DNA of 64,000 bases from Antedon mediterranea. Taxonomy: Eukaryota > Animalia > Echinodermata. The stretch spans positions 19,020,795-19,084,794 of the forward strand of contig NC_092670.1 in assembly GCF_964355755.1 (NCBI RefSeq), written 5' to 3'. The position numbers and the translations under genes are program-made. Under the pieces are notes generated by a model. The model searched no databases, was not told the origin of the DNA, and was given only the letters and a program-made list of their open reading frames with translations. Positions 1 to 13,400 of this stretch are shown in pieces. The number at the start of each line of letters is the position of its first letter. Positions within the stretch are counted from its first letter, which is position 1.

Positions 1-318
1 GTGACGTTTTCTCCCAATCCCTTCCCATCATGCGTAACACACTATATTTGCGAACTTTAAACGTTCAACTCCAAATTTTTTTGACCATCCCTTTACTTTA
101 TTATTATTAGTTTATACTACTAGGTTAATTATTGCAGTCTTTGCCTTGAGTAAAATTAAATCAACCGATTTATAATCAAGTAACGTCTGGGTTCATATCC
201 GCTCTGTAACTCTGACTTTAACCACAAAAAAAATTACTTTAGTAGTAATTATTACCAGTTTTTAATATGAGATCCGACAAACAATTGCGTTCATTATACA
301 CGGAGTGAGAGCATTGGG

Positions 319-1988
319 CTGTAACGCGAAATTTGGTCCGGGGCCAAAACTGGTCCGGTCGGATCGATTTTGGCGTTGAAACAGTCGCCAAAACTGGTCC
401 GGCCTTTAAAATCGCTTAGTTATCCATAAAAATGTCATAAGAAGCCTGGAAAAAGTCCAAATAATTGAAGTGAACTATGCTTAGAGTAAATATACTAAAT
501 ATTACCGTAAAATCGAAAAGAAATTATCGAAACGGAGAGATTAAAAATTTGCAAGAATAAATTGGCACTCGGTTCGGAATCTTCCATTTTCCATTGTAAA
601 ATTCGTAGGATAAAGTAATAGCCCCCCTCTTAGCATAGTAAAAAAGGACTTTTCATTCATTGTATTCATATATTTTGATTAAATAAGGTTTGATTATATA
701 TTCTCACATATTTCCTCATTTTATCGTTTTAAATTAATACATTTTCAGTATATTACCGGGCGGTTTAGAATTTGTTTTTAATAATATTATATAACTTTAA
801 CTTGCACTGAAGGGTTTAAAAAAGAGGGTTCAACATCAACGTTTTGCGATCGTATTTTAACGTACTACATCTGTTTTATAATGAAATGTCAGTAAAATTA
901 TAAAATGATCACCTATTTATTCTTCAAAGTGAGGAATTAAATTTCAGTTATTCTTTGTCTGCATACATATTACAAAATTTAGATTTCAGAAATACTCATG
1001 GTTTCAGCCGATACGATAGTAAATTAATTTGACACGAATTTAGACTAGCTAGCATGATATAAAAGAACACTTTTGTTGTTTTTTTAATTGATGAGGACTA
1101 ATTGGCCTGCCTTTCCGGCAAAAAAAGAAAAAGAAAAAAAATGTTTTCACTTATATTTATAAAAGAAAAAACAAACGGTTACATTAAACCAAAAACCCAT
1201 TGGCTGTTGGTACAGTTTTTGCAGGAAAACAAAATTGTTTTGATCCATTTTTGGTCAAAGTGAATAACTATTATGGAACATTATCATTTTTCAGGGGACA
1301 ATACATCAACAAATGTCCCTCCTAATACTTTAGGTTTCTTCAAAATTATTTCGCATTTAAAAATAGCTAGATTGTGTCGTTAATACTGTATATGATTAAG
1401 TTTAGCCAATACTACTCTGCGCCATTTATTTCGTGTAGAAAAGTACAGTAGGCCTATAATCATCCACATGATAATGCAAAATTACATTTTATAAACAGTA
1501 TACTTTGTGTAACTGCATAAAGTACTTAATATTTTGTATATCATTATACGATACAATAGTAATACGTCGCATTTATACAAACATTAATAGAAAAAAATAA
1601 ATTTACCATGTGTGCCGTTGTTTGGGTAGAGAGGCTATAAACCCAGGGGAGGCCGGAGCCTCCCTTTTCACCAAGACCGAACTGAACAATAGAATATCGC
1701 AAAATCCGATATACTGTAGAGTTCCTTTATATTAGTGTTTCGATAATTTCTTTTCGTTTGTACGGTAATATTCAGTATATTTACTTTAAGCATAGGCTAA
1801 GTTTACTTTAACTGTTTGCAGGCTTCTTAACATACAGTATTATAAAGAATAAATAAGCGATTTTAAAGGCTGGACCAGTTTTGGCCTAGCCGGACCTGTT
1901 TTAGCGGCTGTTTAGCGGCAAAATCGATCCGACCGAACTAGTTTTGGCGACCAAAATCGATCAGGCCGGACCAATTTTGGCGTGACAG
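319..1988. mobile_element. Non-autonomous DNA transposon with long (~250 bp) imperfect TIRs and subterminal (t)ggtccgg/ccggacc repeats
   Basis: Left end ctgtaacgcgaaatttggtccgg matches the reverse complement of the right end ccggaccaattttggcgtgacag. Inverted similarity continues inward (e.g. ctggtccggcctttaaaatcgctta and aatattaccgtaaaatcgaaaagaaattatcgaaac versus their reverse complements at ~1737-1880). No transposase ORF. A related left end occurs at ~28927. Confidence 0.75.
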
Positions 1989-2502
1989 GGCCCCATCCTA
2001 AAATGAAACATCCTATTGAGTGTACGTCATTGTCCCCCTGAAAAAATAATTTTAAATTTTGTTGTTGAATATGCAATTTTGATGTCACATAATACCTGTA
2101 GTTATTCACCTAGACCAACAATTGGTTCGAAAAAAATTATTTACCTGAGAAAACTGTAATTTACAGCCAAAAATAGTCAAATTCTCTGTCAGTGTCAAAC
2201 AATGAGTTTTTGGTTAAATTTAACTGTTTATTTTGTCTTTTTATAAGTGAAATCATTTTTTTTATATGGAAATGAATAACTTTATTAAAACTGCAAAATG
2301 GCCTATAAAGTATTCAAAGACAGATTTTATAAGTTTTTATGATGCCCCACACAGCTATGCAAAACGAGTAATAGTACTGTAGGATTGGTGCCAGCCACAT
2401 GTAGCACGTCATGAAAACAAAACATGAGAAACGATTTTATTTTCCGCGCTGGCTTTGGAATAGGTGTTCAGGAACGATAGTTCAGTTTTAGTAAATTTAT
2501 TC

Positions 2503-2677
2503 CAGGGAATAACTTTGCCAGAAGTGTAGCATAGCAAAAAGCTATACAAAACAACCTTATTGCTATACATTTCTGAAATTGTGTAGCAAAAAATACAATA
2601 TAAAACTATGTTTCTCAACTCAAAATTCTGTTTGATTAACATTGCTAAACAAATTTTTAAGTTGAAATTTTTCCCTG
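2503..2677. mobile_element. Short MITE (cagggaa...ttccctg termini), copy 1
   Basis: Closely similar to 10630-10804 (shared gtgtagcatagcaaaaagctatacaaaacaaccttattgcta core). Short TIR; flanks tattc/tattg are a degenerate 5-bp TSD. Confidence 0.7.
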
Positions 2678-3907
2678 TATTGTGCTTGTGTGTATGGTTA
2701 CAGTTCCTCTCATGGTTGCCAAGTGATAACATGCGTTCTGTGATGAAATAGCTGTACTCAATACAGTGTTACTGTTTATAACAATTTTAATGATATTTTT
2801 AGATCTTTTTTTATGGCTACAGTAATAAATGATATTACCATGGTAGCTGTAGGCTAATGAGATCCGGTTATTTATGGTTATTTTGTTACTTTAAATTACG
2901 GAATCAGATTTTTTTATACCATACAAACATACTTTAAAGTGTAAGCCTAAAACAAATTTGCATGTACAACTTTTTATTGTAGAAGAACTACATTCTACAG
3001 GCCGATTTCACTGTTTTTTGCCCTGAACACAAAACCACCATAAAATCGTAAATGACTAAAGATAATTTTTGATCAATTTTATTTCTTACAAAAAAAACAT
3101 TAATCATTCTCAAAGTTATTAACAAAAATAAGCGTAAAAATGGAGTATTTTGATAACCTTCACTATCAATTTATTGAACTTCAGTACAAAATTGTCTTAA
3201 TGATTTTTAAAAAAATACATTCATTGTTGACCTTCACCATGGTGAACAGTGTCAGTATGTGGATCAGCGACAGCGCATGAGTAAATAAATTTGTCTTTTG
3301 TAAATTTGTACCTACAGTAATGTAATAAACATATAGTGTTTCTTCATGGCGTAACCAAGTTAAGTGCTAATCATCTTGGAAGATTAATATTTGATTTTCA
3401 TTATTGCCATAGCAATAGACAATCAATAAATTCTGTATTTTAAATTACATCAATTATTCTCTCCTTCTCCAGTAATTAAGTAATGCTGTACCCATGTACA
3501 ACTACTGGACAACTTCAGACTATGGCAATTCTAAACAATGAAAACAGAATAGTCAAAGTTACTAATGAATGGTCAATATTAGTCAATATTATTAAGTTTA
3601 GTAGTTTTGCGTACAGTAAACTGTATTGACAATCATTACTAAATAGAATCGGGTTTTTTTTTGCAAATTAATTGATTGATACTGTACTTTCATAGTGTAA
3701 AAATCAACAGCACATCACTGTTTTTAATATCTTGTCTGTTTATGTCATGTGATTTTATGCTTTATGGTGCTTTACAGTTTGAATAGACTTTTGATTGTTT
3801 TACCATGGAACTTATTTTGTTGCTCCAAATAGTTTTACAAACATTTAACGAGCTGTAGATAATTCCAAAAAAACGTGTTGACATTTGAGGCCTACAGTAC
3901 CACACCA

Positions 3908-4255
3908 GCTTTTGTCTTGTTTATTTGTTTGTTTCATTTATTTATTTTCCACACATTGAACAAAAGGAACAGATATATGAACTATAAAAAAAAAAGAAAA
4001 AAAAGGGGGGAAAAAAAGAAGACAATGTGTGAAAGGATCGAGATCAAAATAAGTAAAAATTACTTTAAGCTTTGACCACCTGAACTGCTTTGGTCTTGTT
4101 CGTTTGTTTCATTTATTTATTTTCCACACATTGAACAAAAGGAACAGATATATGAACTATAAAAAAAAAAAGAAAAAAAAAAGGAAAAAAAGGAAGACAT
4201 GTGTGAAAGGAGATCAAAATAAGTAAAAATTACTTTAAGCATTGACCACCTGAAC
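3908..4255. repeat. Direct tandem duplication of a ~175-bp unit
   Basis: gctttt(g/t)gtcttgtt...tttccacacattgaacaaaaggaacagatatatgaactat(A)n...gaccacctgaac occurs twice in a row. Confidence 0.85.
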
Positions 4256-4435
4256 AGTCTTAAAACTTGTTCTGTGTTCACAAACTGCTTTCTTTGTAAA
4301 CTTATTTTTGTTTGTTTTGCTTTTTTAAAAATCCAGACACAAGTTTATGATTTGAATGTTGCCTCAATGTAAACAGTTCATGCTTGCTAGGCCTGCACTA
4401 CGCCACTGTACAGTAGATAACCTTACAGCCTTACC

Positions 4436-7400
4436 ATGTGGCCATATGGTGGGGGCGGAGGAGGGTATGATGGCAGGTAAGTTCGCAATGAACTACAGTA
4501 TACTGTCGTGCTAGTCACTGTATGTTGTTCTACAATCATTTTTCACAACTGTTATGCTATATGATTTGACTTCTTTGCTTGATAGCTCCTTCTCCTTTTT
4601 GTTCCTTTGCCTACTGTACAGTTTAACTTCAATTTTAAAAACTAATCTACTACTAAAGTGTGTATTGGTCCCGATGATCAAGCAAAGGTTTAAACATTCT
4701 AATAACTAGTAAACTTTGTATGTTTGTTAGCACGATAGCACAATTAATATCAATTTATCAATCAATCATTCTGAAAATATGTACATAGGTACAGAACATG
4801 CCTATTGAAATTCAAGAAAATCGGTTTATTATTTATTAATTTGTAAAATAAAAAAAAATAAAAAATTTGTATTCTGTTAAAGACCCCTTCCCTGCAATTT
4901 TGGACGTTTTTTGGAAAATAATACATATATATCACTTTAAAAACATTAAACCATGTAATTCCTTGTCTTAAATGTACGTTTTATGGTAAATTATGATAAA
5001 AAGTGAGAAACAATGCACTACCTAAGTAGCTCGCGGCGATCGACCTCTCGTGGACGGTCTTAGGCCTAGCCTAGCTAGGCTTAGTTTTGTAGGCCTAGCT
5101 GGTAAACATCGATAACGTACGAACATCGTACGCTAGCTATATACCTAGCCTGATGTTGTATAGTTGCTGCATTAATTGTCTTTCTATTTTTGCCAGACTC
5201 CGTTGATACAAATTGGGGAAAACCCGGTATTTTCGCTGAAAAGTTAGGAGTCTTCCATTTGTTTTGGCTTCACGATCGATCGAAAAGTGGGCGAATTACA
5301 GGTGAAAAACAAAAATATCAATCCGCGCGCAATGCATTTTGGGATTTATAGCGGGCCGCTATAATTATTAGAATCGATTTATTTTTCACATTTTTAACCG
5401 TTTAAAGACGAAAAAAGTTATCGCAATAGGACCATATAGTATTATTTTTACATTAAATATAGTTTGTGATCTTAAATTAAATTTAAAAAACGTAGGGAAT
5501 GGGGCTTTAATATAAACATGCACCCTATATGGCAATATAAACATGCACCCTATATGGCAATATAAACATGCACCCTATATGGCAATATAAACATGCACCC
5601 TATATGGCAATATAAACATGCACCCTATATGGCAATATAAACATGCACCCTATATGGCAATATAAACATGCACCCTATATGGCAATATAAACATGCACCC
5701 TATATGGCAATATAAACATGCACCCTATATGGCAATATAAACATGCACCCTATATGGCAATATAAACATGCACCCTATATGGCAATATAAACATGCACCC
5801 TATATGGCAATATAAACATGCACCCTATATGGCAATATAAACATGCACCCTATATGGCAATATAAACATGCACCCTATATGGCAATATTTTGTCAAGTAC
5901 TTCACTCAGTTTCTGAGTGCTTTCATAATTGTTTTTATATACAGACACTATTATTTTAATCCAACAAAGTCTTCTGAGACCATGCACATTAGCAATTCAG
6001 ACAAGTTAATTTCAAAATACCATGTACAGTACATTATCATCACCATCCAACAGTGAAATTCATGTAATAGGAAGTAAATGTATAATCAATAATGAAAGGC
6101 ACAATACTTTAATATGTTACAGTAGATTAATAATATCATGGAGAAGAAATATTAAAAGATGCTGTATATTATTATCATGTCAGTTGCCGTAGCTCACTTC
6201 ACCACTAGTACTGTAGTAATGGTTGTAGTAATTAGTACTACGTGCTGTATGGTTTACTGAACCTTTTTAATGCTCAGTACAATTTACAAACTCTTAAGTC
6301 TCCACAGTGGGTGTATCATTTACAGTCTAAGTTCATGGACCATTAAGTAGGTCGTTTGCATCAATATGTTTTTAACAAACATTGATACAATGTCATGTTC
6401 AGAATCTGTTTCAAAACTAACCATATATAATAATCTGTAATTATTCAGTACATTATATTAAAATCAATATTGAGTGGGAACCAAAAGAATTTGGCGTTCT
6501 ACTGTATGTCACGTTACGAAAGAAAATGATGACGGTGGTACGTTGGTACGTTCCCACATGAGGGCGTGGTTGCGGACTGGTCCATTATAATACAGGGGTG
6601 TTCTAGGAACTTTTCACTTTCGTATCTAAGCCCTCCCTCTGGAGAGCACGGGCTATTGTCGGTTTATACAGGTAAGCTAGCACTCATAGACTACTAACAC
6701 CACTACTGGTTTGTGTAATTTTTTTGCAAGTATGTATTGTATTGTAGTACTTACCGATAATTTGTTGTTCAACAATACTTTGATTATGCATTCAATGCAT
6801 AGACAGACCACAATAACAATTTGTAAAGTTTGTCACTTAATCCTGTTCCTATAATGTATAAGTCCATGACTTAATTAGATTTAAAAGCAAGTATTAAAAA
6901 AAAGAGGAGAAAAGAAGTAAACACTATACTGTAAATACTGTACTTGATAGTTAAATTCTTGCATCCACATCTTCATAACACCATTAAAAAACTTAAGCAA
7001 GAAGAAAAAAAAAGATAATAATAATAAAAAGAAAATATATTCGTCACTCCTATATGGAATGTTTTCTGGGAAACATTTTAATTTTAATTTAAAATAATTA
7101 TGCTATATATAGAATGATGTGTATCATAATAACAACTGTATCAATTAATTCTAATTTAAGCATATTGATATAAATTGTTGATTACAATGCCACTGTTATA
7201 TCTCTTTCTTTTTCATCAACATTGTGCTTATTCAGGCATTGAATTATTGAATCGAATCTTGCTCAAATATTTTCTTATTAGCTAGTGCATGAGCGGATAT
7301 CACTTTAAACAAAGGCTGTTGCGATGTAATAGGATGTTGCTAAGCAACATATCAACCAACAAACAATTACTGAGTTCAATTAAGATTGTAGTAGTAGGTG

Positions 7401-10400
7401 TACTCGTAGAACGATCACGTTTCTATCGAAAAAAATTTCAAACCGGTTAATTGATGCTATGAATATGAGGATAATAGATCAGAGTAATTTGCATTAACTT
7501 ATGTGGTAGGTATTTAACGTGAGAAATTATCTTAAAATTGCCGTATCAACTGGTTTTTATTTTTTAATGGCTGCTGTTCTAAACACAATGCGGTTGCTTA
7601 TTGATGATATCCACGACAACTAAGTGTCTTAATTGTCAGCTTAGTCAGTTAATAATGATCTTGCATACTAAAACTCTTTGTCGCTTTTTTTTTTACTGTA
7701 TTCATACAGCTAAATTTGAAATTGTAATTAGTTTAGTTTAGTGTAGCAAGCCTCTTCACAATAGATACAGTAATCGTGTATAAATGGAGATTTCATGAAT
7801 ACTCCCCACCTGCTTAATAACAGTATAATTTCATATTTGCTTTTGTTTAAGATTTTTATCTACGTATTTATTTGAAAACATACATTGATCATAAATTTAA
7901 CTTCTTTGTCACATTACTTCTATATATTTTACGACATACAGATATTATTCAATTATTGATATACTGTAGTAAGCATTGAAAACGGATACTTCTAAATTAA
8001 AATAGTACAGTAGTTATTGCTTTTAATACATATTTAAATCATAAAGCTTTGTTATTACAATACTATAACTTATTGATAAAATGTTAATACTAAAAGTACA
8101 ATATTCTCACTGAAATTGCAACATCATATTAAACAATTTCAGCTTACCTAAATTTGCTAATTTTCAGTGACTGAAATTTTAAGTACTACCTATTAGCACC
8201 ATGGTAACATCTTTACTGTCAGAACTTTAATTGATGCTTTTATTGGATAACAAATATTTGAGTTGTAATTAGGTATAATCAATTTTACATTTACTGTATT
8301 TGTTCCCAGAGTAATTAATTTAAACAATTTGTATAGGAAATATTATGAAATAACACTTAAACATTGGTTACAAAAATCTATTGATTAGTGCTGCAGAGGC
8401 GAATATTGTACGTTATAAACAATTGCAGGTAAGGTACAGACAAGGTGGACTTTCATTTGTAACAATTTAAAAGATTTTTGAATATAATATTTAATAAAAT
8501 TTATGTTTTTTTACTGTTTCTTTCAGGCAAAGCCAACTTCAAAACCGGTTTCAGCCACTTCCATCAATCCAACAAACTCACAACCAACAAGGTTTTGAAA
8601 CTGCACTCGTACCTGTTGGACCAACACACAAATCACAAATGTCACATCATATCACAAACGGCGGGCCAATGTTATTCAATGATGTCGGTGACCCAAAGAT
8701 CCGTCAGTTTGATAACAGGCTCAGCGTGGCTGAGCAATCAAATCGAGCTCTTCTCGAGGAGGTTGTTCGACTTCAAGGTAAGTAGGTTTGGTTTCTATCA
8801 ATTTGGAACCAGCTCAACAAAGTTTAATAGCTGACATAATATTGAACACTACAGCAATGAGTTATGTAAGTACAAGAGAGCATAATTAGGCATTTTGAAT
8901 GATTCGGAGGAAAAACTGTGATTTCAATGTACTGAACATACAAAGTTTTTGTGCAGAGTTTATCCGATCGGTTACAATACAACCAACCATTGATAATACT
9001 TTATTATGTCTAATGAATTTCTTGTTTTATAGGCGAACTTAAACAAGCTCACCGCAAAACAGAGGACATGCTAAGCATAGAACGACAGGCAAGACAGCAA
9101 CTGACGGAGAATCTAAGGGCTAGCAACGATCTAATTGGACAGTTAGGGGCAAGGTTAAAGAGAGCCGAGGAGAAGGTCGCTGATGAAAGGTCGGCAGTAG
9201 GAGCACTTGTAAATCATACTAAACAAGTCGAACAAGCTGTTTTAGGGAGTCAGCAAGAATTGATCGCAAAACGTGATCACCAGATGACTAAGTATGAACT
9301 AACATGCTATAATGTTATTATTTTTGTGGTAGTTGATATTAATAAACTTAAAAACTGTTAACTTTTAAAGTTGAAGCAACATAGCATTACTACTACAGTA
9401 GGGTACTCCTTTAAAATCTTAGTAGAAACAATAGTAGATTTAATTAATTATTTTTATAGATTTCTTGAACTTCAAAATGATGTAGATGAAGCTAATCGTA
9501 TGCGAGAGCAACTAGAACGTGCAATGGCTACAATGGTAGATGAGATACGCCAGTTAAAATCCAGAGTAGATTCACAAAGTATAGAATTTGGTAGCATTAT
9601 GCACGAAGTTAAAGATCGGGCAAAAAGATTAGACGATGAAAACCGCCAAGCTGTAAGTTTAAGCTTGTACAGTACCACTCTATTCTTTTTATAATGTGCT
9701 TACCTTAAGTGAAATTGGGAGGCACAGTGAAATAATGAGGCGAAAAACAATTAATCATAACTTAATGTTGTACTAATGTGTCATAATTAATGTCATTTGA
9801 ATGGCATTGGGCTATCTTCGGTTCCATACATTGTCTTTATTCTTACACCATGTGTTAGTATTTTTAATATGATCATTCACTTAAATGCACATGTGTTCAA
9901 GATGCACTGTAACATGGAATTATAGGATTATTAAAGATGACTGTATAACAGTAATAATTATACAGTACTGTAAATTTACTCATCCTTTATTATCCTCATT
10001 ATCATAATTGTTATTATTGTTTTTGTCAACAAATCCTTGATATCTTATTTTTATTCAAGTTGTTGATATCGTTTTATTTTCATTCTCATCATCAAGTCAT
10101 CACCTTTGCATAATCATAAGTACAACTTTTATATTCTTCATAATTCACTTTGCACAATTTGAATCCTCACTGTTAACTGTTTTTTTATTTTCTTATTTCT
10201 AATTTCCTGCACTATCATTAAAACAGAGGGTAAGTATTATAGTGTTTAAATTAATTATATTTATTACAATTATTTAAGAAATATGAATTGTACAAAAAAT
10301 TTGTTAATATCAAATACAAATATTTTTTATATGATATTATTAAGTATAATAAAAAAGAACCAACAACTGACGAAAAAGTGCAATTACTGAGAGACCAGTT

Positions 10401-13400
10401 CAGTATAGGGTAAGGGTAATATGCCATGACCTTCGTGTATATTTATGTACATTTTTGTCTTGTAAAGCTGTTATAACAAATTAGTGTTACCTTTTGTATT
10501 AAGTTGATCTGACATGACATGTGACAGTAAATGTGTAGTAGTAGTACTAATTTATTATATTTTCTTATCCATTAACAACTAGAAATTCATCTTTGTTTGG
10601 ACATTTGTGTTATTTGACAAATCACTATTCAGGGAACATTTTCGTCAGTGTAGCATAGCAAAAAGCTATACAAAACAACCTTATTGCTACACATTTCTAA
10701 AATTGTGTAGCAAAAAATATAATACAAAACTATGTCTCTCGACTTAAAAATCAGTTTGATTAGCAATATTGCTAAACAAAATTGTTAAATGAAATTTTTC
10801 CCTGCTATTCATATTCATATATGGAAGTACCAACAAAGTTTCCACTGGAGTTAACAATAGGGGTTTATATATATTTCCCCTCGTTGGTTTACCTCCTCAA
10901 ATGAGGGGTTCCACTTTATTAGTTATTATATAGACTTATCATACATGTGTGTTTGTGAAAGTATTTGCAATATATTTGCTAACTAACATATTCTTGCTAC
11001 TGTAATTAGATGGATAATCAGCGTAAATACCATGAGAGTCATCATTCTGTTGAGCAAGCGACCTCTGTATTGAGGTCACAATTGGATGCAAGGTATAACA
11101 AAAATGCCCTCAAACCACCCAACACTTTTTTTTATCATTTTTTCAATTCACTTTTTTCAAAATTGTAAATTTGGTACTTGAATTAAAGTTAAAATAATTA
11201 TGTTTCTTAACTTTAGTACTTAATACAATTGGGTCCAAATTCAGATATAAAGTGTGTCTATCCATACCTCAATTTTTTTTTCTTAAAGATGTACTGTATT
11301 GTCCCCCAAAAACATGAAAAATGAAGATTAATTAAATCAGACTTTGAATAATTTATTTTGTAGTTTTAATAAAGTTAATCAATTTAATAAAAAAGAAATG
11401 AAAAAAATCATGTTTTCACTTATAAAATGACGAAATAAATGGTAAAATTCAACCGAAATTCCATTGGCTGGTAACCAGTTTGACAATTTTTTGCTTTAAA
11501 TTACATTTTTTTTAGGTAAATACATTTTTTTTTTCAATCCAATTTTTTGTCAAAGTGGATAACTATTATGTTACATTAAAATGGAATAATAAAAAAAAAA
11601 TGTATGAATTGTTTTTTTCAGGGGGACAATACATCTTTAATTAACATTTTATTTTACAATATGTTTTTGCCAAAAACTACTTTGTTTGCTCTATGCTTTA
11701 CCAGTTATTGTGTTATTATTATAAATGTCTTAGCTTTGTACCAGTGACATTGTATATTCTTCTTGATTATGTAATAATATTTAGTCAAAAAGTGGAGTGT
11801 TATTTTAAACTTAGATTTTCCTTTATTTTTTATATAAATTATTTACAGTACTACATTGTTCCTATAAATTGAGTTAATATTAATTTTTAATTACAAAACC
11901 CACAGAATTGAAAAATTATTAACAATATAAATAAGTTTAATTTATCAATTTCCCAAATTAGTTGAATACATGTACGACCGTACAGTAGTACTGCTTGCAG
12001 CTACTTTGGAGTTTTCTCTGATGATTCCAACATAAAAATGCTCCATAGACAACTATTACAAGTTAAAACTTGTTTGATTTTCAATTCAAGATTGGGTGAA
12101 GTAAGAGATGTTTTGATGGACTTGAGAGGTAGAATATCAACAGAAGAAACCGAACGAAGGCAACAAGAACAACAAGTGTTTTTAAAGTAGGTTTGATTGA
12201 AGGCATCCTTAGAAATTAAAAGTTATTTGCATTTAAAAGTTATTTCCTACTTGGTGGTTTGGTGGTTATGATGCTTGGCGTCCTGGGTTCAAGTCGTGTC
12301 ATTTTTCAGTATTTTTTCTAATGACAAAAGACAAATTGACTGCGACTTTGTTTATGTAGAGCATTTTGTGTATACATTTGTCTTGTGAACGGGATTTAAG
12401 AAGAAGGATAGTGAATGAATTTTCTTATGGTTATTCTTGGAAATTTGCATAAATATATTTAATTTTTTTTTAAATTTACCCCAACTTTCTACCTTGCATC
12501 CAGAATGAATGACCTTCAATCGCAAGTACATGAACAAAATCGTAAACGTGAAGAAGGCATGCATGTTTTAGATGTCGTCCAGCGAGAACGGGAACATGCA
12601 TCTGACAACGAACGACTGAAAATGCAGAGTAAGATTGCAGAAATTGCTGAAGAGGTTAGCAAGAAAATTCTAGGCAAAGAGATTCGGCTACGTGAGGAAG
12701 CTCAACAAAAGTTTGGCAACATTGAAAAGGTATGTGATGTCATTATCATAGCCAGTTATATGTATGGTATTTAATTCAATTCACATTTATTCAGCAATAT
12801 AAATATTTACATTACAGGGATTTTACAGAGACAAGTAATTGTCTGTAGTCGTATTAAAAACCCTTTAGAAAAAAACAAATATTATCACAAAGGAAAAAAA
12901 TAAGCAAAACTATAAATACATATAATATAAAACTAATACATATGTGTGTACACTGACACACACCACGCACAATATATGCATATTTATGAGTGAAGCATTT
13001 TAAGTACTGTAATTCCAATGGGTGAGCGGCCGAGGGTTAAAACAGTGGAACCGTAATCACGTAGCCATAACATCGGCAGGGGTTCGAGGCTCACTCACTC
13101 CATGGTTCTGGTGGTAGAACGAGTCTTCTCGGATAAGGACTATAAACCGTAGGTCCAGTGTACACAACTTGCTCGTGTGCACTTTAAAGAACCTAGTACA
13201 TCTTTCGAGACGAGTAGGGGGTTACCCCGGTGTATTAGTACATCACAGCCACTGATCACCAACTGGGCCCTCTGGGAGATCAGTCTTTGACTGAAGAGGT
13301 CACCCAGTATAAAGATAAAACAATATCTAGGTCATTTCTACAGAGCTCATTCCATAGTTTCGGTCCAGGTATGCTGATAAAATATTACTTGCAGGAATTA

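Noticed and set aside
5511-5885. CRISPR-like regular repeat
   Set aside because: Units are contiguous with no unique spacers, there are no cas genes, and the context is eukaryotic; it is a minisatellite.
6500-6671. Alternative first coding exon of the CCDC154-like gene (strong donor cag|gtaagc)
   Set aside because: The frame needed to join exon 8527 is closed by a stop, with no ATG after it. It may be a non-coding alternative exon, but I cannot support that.
8478-8834. 118-aa ORF as listed in the track
   Set aside because: Wrong frame; the exon 8527-8777 reads QSQLQNRFQPLPSI...RALLEEVVRLQ in another frame.
13012-13110. Functional tRNA gene
   Set aside because: No convincing cloverleaf; it continues into a SINE conserved domain.
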